A stretch of DNA of 64,000 nucleotides from an uncultured candidate division Zixibacteria bacterium (lineage in GTDB: Bacteria > Zixibacteria > MSB-5A5 > GN15 > PGXB01): positions 832,001-896,000 of the forward strand of contig OY969724.1 in the NCBI GenBank assembly GCA_963702205.1, written 5' to 3'. Positions 1-10,402 of this stretch are shown here, piece after piece. The notes beneath the pieces were generated by a model. The model worked only from the letters and a program-made list of their open reading frames with translations. It was not told the DNA's origin and ran no database searches. The stretch's first letter is position 1. Every line of letters begins with the position of its first letter. A program made the position numbers and the translations under genes.

Positions 1-1187
1 TACTTGGCGCTTACGCCGCCGGCGGTTGTGAAGATACCACCAGCTATCAACTTGTTATCATAGACTATGAGGGCTTGGATTTCGCCGTTCGTTCCATTCG
101 TTCCGTTGTCCGGCACCCAGGGTGGAACCGGAGGCATTTGTACAGCACCGGAATCGACAATTGCGGACATACCGGAATTCAATTTTAGAGTAATAGCGTT
201 GCCGATACGGGTGGTATCTTTATAAGGATTCGCCCAACGGTGCATGATTGCTATTTCATCAAGAGAATCGGTGTCGAAATTCCCGGACGTAACTGCCAGC
301 CGACGCAGGCAGGTATGACCGGCACCTTGGGCGGCAATACTAAATGGAATTTTGGATTTATTGACTATATTGACATCGTAACTTGTCGAATCGTAATTAT
401 AATTACAAACGACGTCATAAGAACAAACATTGATTGAGCCATTCGAATTTTGAGGGGACTTGACGAGCAGGACTATTTCATCAAAACCGTCGCCGTCAAA
501 ATCTCCGGTGGTCACATCGAATCGGCTGATTTTGTCCATCCGCTGTGACGGCGGAACCAAGGTATAGACCGCCTGATCGGATATGGTCCCTTTTTCTTCC
601 GGTATCGATAGTGAATCGACGTCGAAGACGGACAGGGTGACCGTGCCGTCGTATGCCAAGTAAGCCAGGACAAATTCTTTGCCGAAATCAGGATCGAAAT
701 TCCCGGTCACGACGCGGATTTCTCCGAGGAATTCGGCCAAAGAGTCATTGGCATACAGAACGCCGGGTAATATAGAACTTGTAGGAACTCTCCATCCGGT
801 AAAGTGCGGTGCGAGAGTGACAGAATCAATACACGGAATACCGAGAAATATTCCACCATCGGGGCGGTTCCACGCCACGACGGTTTCATCCATGCCGTCG
901 CCGTTGAAATCAGCCGCGGCCATATCTCGAATGTTCCCGCATTGTCCGGACTCGGGAAAATTACCATCTCCCGACAAGTATACTGCATTCTCGCCTGATC
1001 CCGAGGCCCAATTAAACCCCCATCCGTGCAGGGAATCGTTTTGTATGCCCATACCGAAGATTTCGGGGGAGCAGTTTATCTTAAAACCACCGCCGAAGGG
1101 GTCGTCCGTGGCGTCCTGGGTCAGGGCCGGGATCGCCAACGCGATAAGCAGGACCGACATGATGAGGAACAATACCAATGCCTTCAT
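1..1187 (-). CDS. Secreted protein with FG-GAP-like repeats followed by YDNKLIAGG.FTTAGG beta-propeller repeats; runs off the left edge
   Basis: Not in the ORF track because there is no stop in the window. Manual translation from ATG 1187 (RBS GAGGTG): signal peptide MKALVLFLIMSVLLIALAIPA, motifs DFNGDGMDE, DFDGDGFDE, NFDTDSLDE, ending ALIVYDNKLIAGGIFTTAGGVSAK, the same repeat as in 10978..15432. Confidence 0.85.
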   Translation of the reverse strand, partial: MKALVLFLIMSVLLIALAIPALTQDATDDPFGGGFKINCSPEIFGMGIQNDSLHGWGFNWASGSGENAVYLSGDGNFPESGQCGNIRDMAAADFNGDGMDETVVAWNRPDGGIFLGIPCIDSVTLAPHFTGWRVPTSSILPGVLYANDSLAEFLGEIRVVTGNFDPDFGKEFVLAYLAYDGTVTLSVFDVDSLSIPEEKGTISDQAVYTLVPPSQRMDKISRFDVTTGDFDGDGFDEIVLLVKSPQNSNGSINVCSYDVVCNYNYDSTSYDVNIVNKSKIPFSIAAQGAGHTCLRRLAVTSGNFDTDSLDEIAIMHRWANPYKDTTRIGNAITLKLNSGMSAIVDSGAVQMPPVPPWVPDNGTNGTNGEIQALIVYDNKLIAGGIFTTAGGVSAK

Positions 1188-1538
1188 AGTCACCACCTCA
1201 GGATTAAATTTTTGCGCAAAGCACTAAGTTTAGTTGCAGTTATTTTTTTGGCTATCGATGTTCCAGCGGCTTATGGGTATAAGCCGAAAAATTGGATTAT
1301 TCAAGGGAATAAACCGGAATGAGCAAGGAAATAATCAACGGCCTAAACATAGCAGTTCTCCCGTCGATATTATCCGTATAATACCGGCTTTAAGGTTGGC
1401 TTAAAATAGCGGACAATCCTGTCTTTGTCAAGCCTTCATATGGCTTAAGACCGGCTCGAAACAATAGCCGGGGCCAGAAGCAAAGAAGCGGCTGAATCAG
1501 CCACTTCCGTGTTGAGGCAAAAACATCTGTCTATTACG

Positions 1539-1595
1539 TTGAATTAAGCAAGTATCTTCCAAAATCATCAATAAAGGGACGCTTTTTTTATTGAT
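1539..1595. repeat. Dispersed intergenic repeat, copy 1
   Basis: Core aaaatcatcaataaagggacgctttttttat is shared with about 10321 and about 26098. Confidence 0.85.
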
Positions 1596-1753
1596 ATAAT
1601 TCGGGTTAGTCTTCTTAATCCCGCCGTTTTGTCAATACATAAGCAGGCAATTAGATTGCAAAAATGCAGAAGGACATCAGGTATTCAGTCTACAGATAGG
1701 GCCGGGGTTTTTCTGATTTTGTTGCAGTCCTTAAGATTGACCCGGCATTATGA

Positions 1754-3064
1754 TTAATTGTCGATCCCAAGTGCCTTGATTTTGCGCCACAGAGTGGTGC
1801 GATGCATGCCCAGCTCTCTGGCGGCCCTGACCTTGTTGCCGTTGTATCGTCTTAGAGTCTCCGAGATTAAGACTTTCTCACTGCTTTTATGATTATATGT
1901 TTTGTCTCCGGGGGAACTGTCGGATACGATGTGCTGGGGCAGGTGTTCCATGCCGATTTCCGAATCGTGGCACATGACAAAAGCATGTTCTATGGCGTTT
2001 TCCAATTCGCGGACATTGCCGGGCAACGGGTGCTGTCGTATGGTTGCCAATGCGTCCGGCGATATTGATTTAATTGGTCGGTGGCTTTTCTTTTTGAACT
2101 TTTGAATGAAGTGGTTGATTAACAGCGGGATATCCTCGGGCCGCTCTCTCAGCGGCGGAATGGTTATGTTGACGACATTGATACGGTAATAGAGATCCTC
2201 ACGGAAGCGACCGTTTTTTATTTCCTCTTCGAGGTTGGAATTAGTGGCCGCAATTATTCTGGCGTTGGTATGATAGGTCTTGGCCGACCCGAGGGGACGA
2301 TATTCTCCATTATTCAGCACCCTCAGCAATTTCACCTGCAGAGACAGATCCATCTCACCGATTTCGTCGAGCAAAAGCGCGCCATTGTTGGCTAAACTAA
2401 ACTGCCCCGGTTTATTGCTTTTGGCATCGGTAAAAGCGCCTTTTTCGTATCCGAACAGCTCCGATTCGAGCAGATTGACTGGAAGAGCGGCACAGTTCAA
2501 TCGTATGTATGGTCCATAGCGGCGGGGGCTCAGCCCGTGGATAACCTGGGCGAACAATTCCTTCCCGGAACCGCTCGGTCCCTGAATGAGTACGTTGCAC
2601 TCCGATTCAGCGATATCGGGCAGGAGGTTTATCAGCGCCTGCATTTTCTGATTTACGCTTATTATGCTGTCGAGGGTGTTTTTCTGGTTCAGGCTTTTGC
2701 GCAGATATTCAATTTCAGATATGTCCCTGAAAAATTCCACGGCTCCGATCAGTTCACCCGCTTCGTTTTTTAGCATGGTCGTTGTGACGCTTATCGGCAG
2801 TTCATTCCCACTTCGTGTAATAATCGTAACCCGGGCGTTTTCCACGGGGTTGTGAGTTTTAAGGGTATCTTTCAGGGCGCACTGGCTGTGACATACTTCG
2901 GTTCTGAATATATCGAAGCAGTGCTTCCCTTTGGCCTCGGAAGCTTTAAAACCGGTGATTCTTTCGGCGGATTTATTGAATGAAGTAATAATGCAGTTTT
3001 TATCGACGGTAAAAACGCCATCGTTAATACAGTTTAATATCAGCTTGGTCAGTTCCTTATCCAT
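1754..3064 (-). CDS. PAS-domain sigma54-dependent transcriptional activator (Fis-type HTH)
   Basis: N-terminal PAS, Walker [38 protein letters not shown]-terminal HTH. Confidence 0.95.
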   Translation of the reverse strand: MDKELTKLILNCINDGVFTVDKNCIITSFNKSAERITGFKASEAKGKHCFDIFRTEVCHSQCALKDTLKTHNPVENARVTIITRSGNELPISVTTTMLKNEAGELIGAVEFFRDISEIEYLRKSLNQKNTLDSIISVNQKMQALINLLPDIAESECNVLIQGPSGSGKELFAQVIHGLSPRRYGPYIRLNCAALPVNLLESELFGYEKGAFTDAKSNKPGQFSLANNGALLLDEIGEMDLSLQVKLLRVLNNGEYRPLGSAKTYHTNARIIAATNSNLEEEIKNGRFREDLYYRINVVNITIPPLRERPEDIPLLINHFIQKFKKKSHRPIKSISPDALATIRQHPLPGNVRELENAIEHAFVMCHDSEIGMEHLPQHIVSDSSPGDKTYNHKSSEKVLISETLRRYNGNKVRAARELGMHRTTLWRKIKALGIDN

Positions 3065-3154
3065 CGTGGTCCCCGGAAATATCCATACCTGACTTAATAT
3101 ACATCGTCTATTTTTTGCGACAACCCATATTCCTGAAAAAACTCATCCGGAATA

Positions 3155-3703
3155 TCAGGTTTGAACGTCGGACCGGGTAAAATTGAGGCTCTTCCATTGT
3201 TTCCTGTCAAGATCGAGTTTGTCTTCGATAAGAATAGCCCGGCTGTTGAGATATATCTGTTCGGCGGACTTGGGGCCGATTAATACTACGGGGGCAATGA
3301 ATTTTTCCGCGAACTCCTCTATCGGATAGCGACCGAATTTTATGCCTTTGGTGATATAAGCCAGGACAAGGACCTGGAATTCGTGGACCAATAAACAGCG
3401 GTGGAGTTCTGTCCATTCAGCATGTTCACAAAGCCGGAATCCGACGTTGAGATAATCCCCGGCACGATCTTCATAGTACATGCGCAGTTCTTTTTCCTTT
3501 TGGATAGCCAGTCTCTCCCGCTCATCCGGCCATAGCCGATCGATATCATCCAATTGGTCGGCATACGGATCCGTCAAAAAATGAAATACGTTCAGTTGCA
3601 GTGATTGATTTCGCGACAGCTTCAATGCAAAGTCGAAGGCCCAGTCTCCCTGTTCCGAGTAATGAGCGCAAAATCCTACGGAGTTCAACGTTGGAATGGC
3701 CAT
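3155..3703 (-). CDS. Universal-stress-protein-like protein (degenerate)
   Basis: N-terminal ..YSEQGDWAFDFALKLS..LNVFH and C-terminal APVVLIGP resemble the USP fold; RBS GGAGG. Confidence 0.6.
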   Translation of the reverse strand: MAIPTLNSVGFCAHYSEQGDWAFDFALKLSRNQSLQLNVFHFLTDPYADQLDDIDRLWPDERERLAIQKEKELRMYYEDRAGDYLNVGFRLCEHAEWTELHRCLLVHEFQVLVLAYITKGIKFGRYPIEEFAEKFIAPVVLIGPKSAEQIYLNSRAILIEDKLDLDRKQWKSLNFTRSDVQT

Positions 3704-3748
3704 AACCGCCCTCCTTCTTCTATACCTGAAAAGTCATTTTGTTTATTT

Positions 3749-4774
3749 TCATTGCCTGGCTTGAGAGGCTTCCTTCAAATAGTATTCGGAATACACGGCC
3801 CCGATCGGATTATTGGCCAGGGACCGGTCCTTCACGAAAAGCGCCGTGGACGGGGCGTGACTCGCCTGCATGAAAACGCAGTCGGATCCCATGCAAAGCC
3901 CGACCAGAATGTTGAAATCAGTCCCGATCCGGTTCAAAACCTGTGCCTGTCCCCACGGATTGCACGATATATGTTTTTTTGCCCGACGATCTTTACCGTC
4001 GAGATCGTTGAACGCAGGGTGCACAAGCCCGGGACCGTCGATTTTACAGCAGACCGGGAACACTTTAAAAAACCTTTGAAGAATTTTCGCGAGAATCAAG
4101 GTCGGTTCTTCAAGCTCGACGCAGTAAGCAATACCGATTCCGCTATATTTCATTTCCAGGCAAAAATATACCAGTTCCGACAGACGACATAGCGTCCGTT
4201 CGCTTTCGCAGGCGATGTCGGTTGCCGCATCGAGCATACACAATTGCTCTTTATTGGGCGTGTTTCGACCCCAAAAAGTTTCCGGTTCGAAACGGCACCC
4301 CTTGCCGTCCAGACAGCTCCGGATAGTACAGGTCAGACAATTCAGTTTATCGATATTGTCGGTTTCCGTATTTTTCCCGGGGGCCGCCTCTTTTACAGTT
4401 GTTCCCCCGGAAGATTGAGGCGAGGGATCGGCGTCGCTATCCTGTAGTTCGTGGTTCAATCCGAAACCGGCTTTGAGCTCGCCGGATGTAAGCCCGTGAA
4501 TCACGCCGTCGGTGGTACCAATGACATTGTCGATGACGTTCAAGTTTCTTTTGTTCAGGAATTCTTTGTTTTCATTGGTTATGCCGCCGCAAACGAGTAC
4601 GTCGACACGGTTCTGCAACAGCAAATCACTAAGGTCGGGCAAATTCAAATTATCGACCGGGAGTCTTTTGGGAGTACAAAGCCCGCTTCGTTTTTGGGAT
4701 ATTAGCATGATCGAATCGGCATATGAGCATCGCGGCGATACCCGTTCCCCGAGCAATGTTATTCCATACTTCAT
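3749..4774 (-). CDS. NifB/NifX-like domain fused to a DUF1847-like Cys-rich metal-binding domain
   Basis: Start MKYGITLLGERVSPRC with RBS GAGGA; VDVLVCGGI (NifX-like); CCKID, CNPWGQA..LN, GLCMGSD, KDRSLANNP (DUF1847-like). Confidence 0.75.
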   Translation of the reverse strand: MKYGITLLGERVSPRCSYADSIMLISQKRSGLCTPKRLPVDNLNLPDLSDLLLQNRVDVLVCGGITNENKEFLNKRNLNVIDNVIGTTDGVIHGLTSGELKAGFGLNHELQDSDADPSPQSSGGTTVKEAAPGKNTETDNIDKLNCLTCTIRSCLDGKGCRFEPETFWGRNTPNKEQLCMLDAATDIACESERTLCRLSELVYFCLEMKYSGIGIAYCVELEEPTLILAKILQRFFKVFPVCCKIDGPGLVHPAFNDLDGKDRRAKKHISCNPWGQAQVLNRIGTDFNILVGLCMGSDCVFMQASHAPSTALFVKDRSLANNPIGAVYSEYYLKEASQARQ

Positions 4775-5024
4775 ATTTATTCCTCGTTTGAATATGTTGC
4801 AATTGGAATGCCGATAAATGGTGATGGCATAAATCTGTTTTTCGTTAAAGGCATTTCCGGGAATTTGTGCCAAACCTAATGGCGTCCCTAATCGAATGGA
4901 CAACAATGTGATAGTAGTTTAAAGAATGTCCCAAGTATTCAGAAATAATAATATAATGAGGTTAACGCGGCTGGGATATGTTTCATTCCGTGCAGCCAAC
5001 AGTTTTGTTATTGCGATAAAACAA

Positions 5025-5071
5025 GTTGCGTAACGCAACTTAGTGTTGCAACCGACGCAACGTTTCGCAAC
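5025..5071. promoter_or_regulatory. Cluster of TTGC..GCAA palindromes; likely upstream activator sites for a sigma54 activator
   Basis: AGTTGCG-TAA-CGCAACT perfect inverted repeat, then GTTGCAACCGACGCAAC; about 170-200 bp upstream of the -24/-12 promoter. Confidence 0.55.
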
Positions 5072-5237
5072 GGTTTCTGATCGGGTTGGCCTGAGTCGGT
5101 CAATAGCTGGAGGTTCGTGTTTTAATGCGGCTGACTAATTTGGAGATTCCCAACGACGGCTAATCGCTTGCACCGCTTAATAAATTTCCGAATCCACATG
5201 CACTATTAAAAAGATATAATGGTACCGTCAAATCCTT

Positions 5238-5253
5238 TGGTATAGGGTTTGCA
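5238..5253 (+). promoter_or_regulatory. Sigma54 -24/-12 promoter of the redox operon
   Basis: TGG-TATAGGGTTT-GCA (GG-N10-GC), 40 bp upstream of ATG 5293. Confidence 0.7.
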
Positions 5254-5292
5254 TACCAGCGATGTCGAAAGATAATTATAACAAGGTGTACA

Positions 5293-6733
5293 ATGGACGG
5301 CAAAATAACGCACAATAGCACTCCCGGCGAAGTCGGGAAAGTCGCAAATCAATATCCGTACTATATAGAAAACCCGGTCAGGGAAAATCGTGTCGAGCGC
5401 TTTTTGGAGGCTTTTGCCGCGGTATTGAAGTACAGTGACTATAGATCGTTACTCGATTCATACTGTAATTCCAGTACTAAATGCAACCGTTGCGCGGTTG
5501 CGTGCCCGGTTTTTCTGGCCACCGGCAACCCGAGGGACATACCCTGCTACCGGACCAATCTTATACTCGATATATACAAAAGGTATTTCACTATCGGAGG
5601 AGCGATCAGGGCTCGATTAACGAGCGGTTTCGAGCTGACCGAAGAAATTATCGATGACATGCTCGACGTGTTTTACCGATGCACCGCTTGTCGCCGGTGT
5701 ACCAGCGAGTGTCCTCTAGGTGTGGATCATGGGATGATAACCCGGCTGGCCCGCTATATTTTGAGCCTTATCGGGATTGTGCCCAAAGCCCTGCAGGTCA
5801 GCGTTCGGGAGCAACTGGAGGGAGAAACGCATAATACGTCCAAGGTCCCAAGGGAAGCTCTTATTAACACTCTTGACTTTTTATCGGAAGAGTTGGAAGA
5901 TATGTTCGGTATCAGGATGGATTTCCCGGTTGATAAGAAGAACCGGGATTATGTCTTTTTCTGTGCCGTCAGCGACTATTTGCTGGAGCCTGATACTCTC
6001 ATGGGCAACGCCGCCGTCCTGTACGCCTCCGGTGACTGGGACAAATGGACCATCGGATCCAGAAATTATGATGGCATCAACTATGGGCTTTTCTACAGTG
6101 ACTGGCACCTGGAATCCATCATCAGACAACTGGTTGACGAAGTCACCCGCCTCGATGGCAGAACTATTCTGATAGGGGAGTGCGGCCACGCTTCGCGTTC
6201 TGCGCACGATTTCGTTCCGGTGTTCGCGGGACGAGATGAATATCCCGTCGTCAACTTCATGGAGTACACTCTTAAATGTATCAATGAAGGCCGGATCAAG
6301 CTCGATGATGATATTATTACGGAACGAGTGACGTATCACGATCCCTGCAATATCTCACGTTCGGGGTGGATTATCGACCAGCCGCGCAGGATACTGAAGA
6401 CCTTTGTCAAAGACTTTGTCGAAATGAAGCCGAACGGCCGCGAGAACTACTGCTGCGGCGGAGGCGGCGGGCTTGTCTCGATCGACGAAATTCACGAATT
6501 CCGCATGAGTGTCGCCGGGCGCGTCAAAGCCGAACAGTTGCGCCGCACCGGAGCCGAGATCTGCATTGCTCCGTGCGCCAATTGTAAAAAGCAATTGAAG
6601 GAATTGGTTGAGTACCTATGATATTCCCTGCCGGGTCATGGGTTTGCACGATCTTATTCTGAAAGCCATTCATATTCCCGGGGGAAAATCGCCGCAGGAA
6701 AGAAAAGAAGAAGCGGCATTATTGGAAATGTAA
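5293..6733 (+). CDS. HmcF/TmcB/DsrK/HdrD-like Fe-S oxidoreductase (ferredoxin motifs plus CCG domain); +1 frameshift at about 6616
   Basis: CNRCAVACP, CTACRRCTSECP, ECGH, YHDPC, CCGGGGG, PCANC. Removing one C in AGTACC (6611-6616) restores EYYDIPCRVMGLHDLILKAI..EM to stop 6733 (479 aa). Confidence 0.85.
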
Positions 6734-6753
6734 AAACTACAGGACAACTAAAC

Positions 6754-7452
6754 ATGGTGCAATGGATAGATTTCGCAAAAGGGCCGTTATTCGCCTTTAC
6801 ATTTTTGGTTATGGTTATCGGACTGATAAGGTTGGCTGTTATCCAGATATATTCCATATTTTCCGGTAAGGGACGCAAACTCAAGAATGCACCATGGAAG
6901 AAAATAGTCACCGATACCTTAAGCTGGGTAGTACCCGTACGTCATCTCATACCCGGGACACGGATATTTTCGACGGTTTCATTCCTCAGTCATATCGGAA
7001 TTATTATCGTACCTTTATTTCTGGCCGATCATATAGTCTTGTGGGAAGGGCTTTTTAAATTCAATTTGCCGGAAATAGGATATGGACTGGCGGACGTATT
7101 GACGATATTTTCTATAGCCTGCCTGGTTATCCTGTTTTCATTCCGCGTCTTTTCGCCGCGCCTGAGATCCATGAGCCGCAAAATGGATTATATTTTGTTG
7201 ATCAACATCCTGGTTCCATTTGTCACCGGCTACATGGCCCGGCATCCCAATGTCAATCCGGTTTCGTGGAACGCCATCATGCTCGTGCATCTGCTGAGCG
7301 CTGATTTGCTTTTCCTGATAATCCCGTTTACGAAGCTGGCCCATATCGTGCTGTTTGCATTCGACCGAATTTCGGGCATTCACTGGCAGCTTCGTCCGGG
7401 AGCCGGGGCTCAAGTGGCCGAAACGCTCTATGGCAAGGAGGCCAAAGTATGA
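6754..7452 (+). CDS. HmcE/TmcC/NarI-family membrane cytochrome b subunit
   Basis: About five TM helices with conserved His residues (SH, DH, VHLLS, PFTKLAH). Confidence 0.85.
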   Translation: MVQWIDFAKGPLFAFTFLVMVIGLIRLAVIQIYSIFSGKGRKLKNAPWKKIVTDTLSWVVPVRHLIPGTRIFSTVSFLSHIGIIIVPLFLADHIVLWEGLFKFNLPEIGYGLADVLTIFSIACLVILFSFRVFSPRLRSMSRKMDYILLINILVPFVTGYMARHPNVNPVSWNAIMLVHLLSADLLFLIIPFTKLAHIVLFAFDRISGIHWQLRPGAGAQVAETLYGKEAKV

Positions 7453-8243
7453 GTTATGGTATACTGGTCGATACAACTAAATGCCGGGGGTGTGAGCAGT
7501 GTGTCTTGGCTTGCGCAGCCAGTCACGGCACGGCGGCGCCACAGACAATTCAGGAAAAGGTTTTAAACCGTGACGGGTTGTCAGCGTATCGGTTAACCGA
7601 CGTCAGGGATATAAGCCCCGGTCACTTCGCCAAAATAAGCTGCATGCACTGCGTCGACCCGAGTTGCGTCTCGGCCTGCCTCGTCGGCGGAATAACAAAA
7701 ACCAATGAAGGTCCGGTTGTTTATGATCGCGAGAAGTGTATCGGTTGCCGGTATTGCATGCTGGCCTGCCCCTTCCATATTCCCCGCTATGAATGGGATA
7801 AAATCGTCCCGTATATGGCCAAGTGTGATATGTGTTTTGATCGACTGAACAAGGGCGAACTGCCGGCGTGTGTGGACGCGTGTCCTGAAAAGGCAATAAA
7901 GTTCGGAGATCGGGAAAAGCTTCTCACTGAAGCGCAAACCGCCATAAAAAACAAATCTGATCTATATATTAATCACGTATGGGGAGCAAAGGAATTTGGC
8001 GGCACCTCGATTCTTTACATTTCTGACGTCGATCTGTCCGCACTGGGGTGGCCGGAACCGATTCCCGCCTCCATACCCTCGTTGACCGAACCTTTGATTC
8101 ACACGACGCCGATAATAGGCATGACCGTCGCCGGTGCTCTTCTGGCAATAAACTGGACAGTTAAACGGAGAATCAAAATAGCCTCTGAAGACAATCAAAA
8201 GGGATCAGAATCCAATGGTGCGGAGAAAAAAAGCCATGAATAA
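7449..8243 (+). CDS. HmcB/HybA-like 4x[4Fe-4S] protein with C-terminal membrane anchor
   Basis: DTTKCRGCEQCVLAC, CMHCVDPSCVSAC, CIGCRYCMLACP, KCDMC..PACVDACP; C-terminal hydrophobic helix followed by KRR. Confidence 0.9.
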   Translation: MSYGILVDTTKCRGCEQCVLACAASHGTAAPQTIQEKVLNRDGLSAYRLTDVRDISPGHFAKISCMHCVDPSCVSACLVGGITKTNEGPVVYDREKCIGCRYCMLACPFHIPRYEWDKIVPYMAKCDMCFDRLNKGELPACVDACPEKAIKFGDREKLLTEAQTAIKNKSDLYINHVWGAKEFGGTSILYISDVDLSALGWPEPIPASIPSLTEPLIHTTPIIGMTVAGALLAINWTVKRRIKIASEDNQKGSESNGAEKKSHE

Positions 8244-10176
8244 CCGTGCGCGAATAGTCAAGGATGTACTGTGGATACTGGCCCTGTTCGGCCTGGTGGC
8301 GGGCGTATTTCGGCTCATTTTCGGATTGGGCGCGACAACCAATTTGACCGACGGCGTTCCATGGGGGCTGTGGAAAGTATTCAACATGATTGCCGGAGTG
8401 GCTCTTTCGACCAGCGGATTCACGATTGGTTTTCTGGTGTACGTTCTTCATATGAAGCGGTTCAAATCGTTCGTCAAGCCGGCCATCCTGATTGCTTTTC
8501 TGGGTTATGGATGTTCATGCCTGGCCCTGTTATTCGATATCGGGATCCCCTATCGCTTCTGGCACCCGGTTTTTATGTGGAATTTTAATTCCTTCCTGTT
8601 TGAGGTGTTCTGGTGCGTGCTTTTATACTTTACCGTCACATTCATTGAACTGGCACCGACTCTGCTGGATGGCATGAAGGCGAAGCGAATGGCGTCAGTC
8701 TTTCACGGTGTCGCTTTTGTTGCGGTTATCGTTGGAATTTCATTGTCGTCTTTACATCATTCTTCGCTGGGGTCCCTTTTTCTGGTTTCCCCTCAAAGGC
8801 TGTACCCCCTGTGGTATTCTCCGCGGTTGCCGTTGTTCTTTATAATCTCGGCTATGGCCGGGGGGATATTCTTTCTTGTTTTTGTCAAAATTGTCTGGTC
8901 AAAAATATATGATCCGGCGTCCGTGTTCGGTGTTAAATCCGGACCCGAGACTATGCAGCTGTCATCTCTTAACGGGTCATTATGCTGCATTGCATCGCGG
9001 TCGCTGCCGGGACCGGATATGTCAAAAATTGCCGGGCTGAGTCTTATCGGTGCGGGGCTGCTTGCTGTCTATTTGATACTTAAAATAATCGACCTGGTGG
9101 TTTTGCATAATTTAGCACTTCTAATATCCGGTTCCGTAGAAAGCTGGCTTTATATTCTGGAAATCGGGATCGGTGTAATTTTGCCGATTGTGTTGATTGC
9201 CATCCCGGGGACACGCAAAAGCCCGGTATATGCCGGCATTGCCGCCGGAGCCGCGGCTTTCGGACTCGTTTTCAACAGACTTAATGTCGGAATTTTCGGG
9301 TATGCCGCCGATGCCGGACAGGTGTATTTCCCGTCCTTGACCGAATGGGCGCTCGGAATTGGCGTTATCGCCGCCGCGGGACTGGTATTTATCAGTCTGA
9401 CAGAATACCTTCCTATATTCAATCCTATCCCCGCCAAGTCATTTACTGCGCATATTTTAGCGTCGGGTTTCGGTTCGGCCAGACGGATCTGGAATGTCGT
9501 GCTATCACACAGTTTAAATCGGGTGTCACTTATTGCGGTGTTTATTCTTCCCCTCGGATTCGTCCTGATGTATCCGCCTTATGATAAAGGGGGTGCAACC
9601 CTGGTCCGTCCGTCTTCAGGATTGGATATTACGCGGGCGGTTCTTAAAATCGACGGTAATCGCCGGAACTTCAAGACCATTTTCGATCATACCGATCATC
9701 AAAAACGCCTGGGCGACAGCACTTCTTGCATTAAATGTCACCATATTTCGCTTCCGGGAGACCGCTCGACACCGTGCTACCGATGCCACAGGTCAATGTA
9801 CGACACAACCAACATATTCAATCATGAAAGTCATATTGCCTCGATTACCCGGCGCGATTCTCTGGGAGGAGTGTGTCCGTCAAATAATACCTGTGTCGTG
9901 TGCCATCAGAAAGACGAGCCCAAGACCGCGTATTCATCCAAAAGCTGTCTGGAGTGTCATCGTGAGGATATGCTTCCCGGGCGGGCGGCTTCGACGCAGC
10001 CGGTCAACCTGGAATACGCCGTTTCGTATACCGATGCGATGCATCTGACTTGCATCGAATGTCATAAAGAGCAAAAAAGAATGGTGAATAAGGAAGATCT
10101 CGATAAATGCCAGACCTGTCACCAGTCTTTGAAAAAGGATGAGAATATCGTAAAAGCGGAAATCGCGAATAAATAG
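8236..10176 (+). CDS. NrfD/HybB/HmcC-family membrane subunit fused to a C-terminal multihaem cytochrome c (6 CxxCH)
   Basis: GLGATTNLTD..PWGLW, SFLFEVFWC, LSSLHHSSLG; C-terminal CIKCH, CYRCH, CVVCH, CLECH, CIECH, CQTCH with c3-like FDH/FNH motifs. Confidence 0.9.
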   Translation: MNNRARIVKDVLWILALFGLVAGVFRLIFGLGATTNLTDGVPWGLWKVFNMIAGVALSTSGFTIGFLVYVLHMKRFKSFVKPAILIAFLGYGCSCLALLFDIGIPYRFWHPVFMWNFNSFLFEVFWCVLLYFTVTFIELAPTLLDGMKAKRMASVFHGVAFVAVIVGISLSSLHHSSLGSLFLVSPQRLYPLWYSPRLPLFFIISAMAGGIFFLVFVKIVWSKIYDPASVFGVKSGPETMQLSSLNGSLCCIASRSLPGPDMSKIAGLSLIGAGLLAVYLILKIIDLVVLHNLALLISGSVESWLYILEIGIGVILPIVLIAIPGTRKSPVYAGIAAGAAAFGLVFNRLNVGIFGYAADAGQVYFPSLTEWALGIGVIAAAGLVFISLTEYLPIFNPIPAKSFTAHILASGFGSARRIWNVVLSHSLNRVSLIAVFILPLGFVLMYPPYDKGGATLVRPSSGLDITRAVLKIDGNRRNFKTIFDHTDHQKRLGDSTSCIKCHHISLPGDRSTPCYRCHRSMYDTTNIFNHESHIASITRRDSLGGVCPSNNTCVVCHQKDEPKTAYSSKSCLECHREDMLPGRAASTQPVNLEYAVSYTDAMHLTCIECHKEQKRMVNKEDLDKCQTCHQSLKKDENIVKAEIANK

Positions 10177-10297
10177 AGCGGTCATTTTCGGGACGGATAC
10201 GCGTTGCGGACCTAAGGAATTTTAATTTGACGAAATTCGTTCGAAATAATCATAAGCAGTTTCCCCGATAACCCGGTTGACAGTGAATCAATATTAA

Positions 10298-10402
10298 TTG
10301 AATTTCATCAGGAACTTTCTAAAATCATTGATAAAGAAACGCTTTTTTTATATCCGGTTTGATTTTAATCGCTTACACAAAACACCTTGAGTTGATGAAT
10401 TG
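10298..10402. repeat. Dispersed intergenic repeat, copy 2
   Basis: tctaaaatcattgataaagaaacgctttttttatatccggttt; similarity to copy 3 continues about 45 bp further. Confidence 0.85.

Noticed and set aside
6619..6621. TGA as selenocysteine or read-through in the Fe-S oxidoreductase
   Set aside because: The conserved continuation is in a different frame; a one-base insertion explains it, and the position is not a Cys site
10340..10355. Resemblance of GCTTTTTTTATA to the lambda att core, or of the repeat to dif/attC sites
   Set aside because: Short AT-rich match only; no XerC/D arm spacing, no attC RYYYAAC..GTTRRRY ends and no integrase
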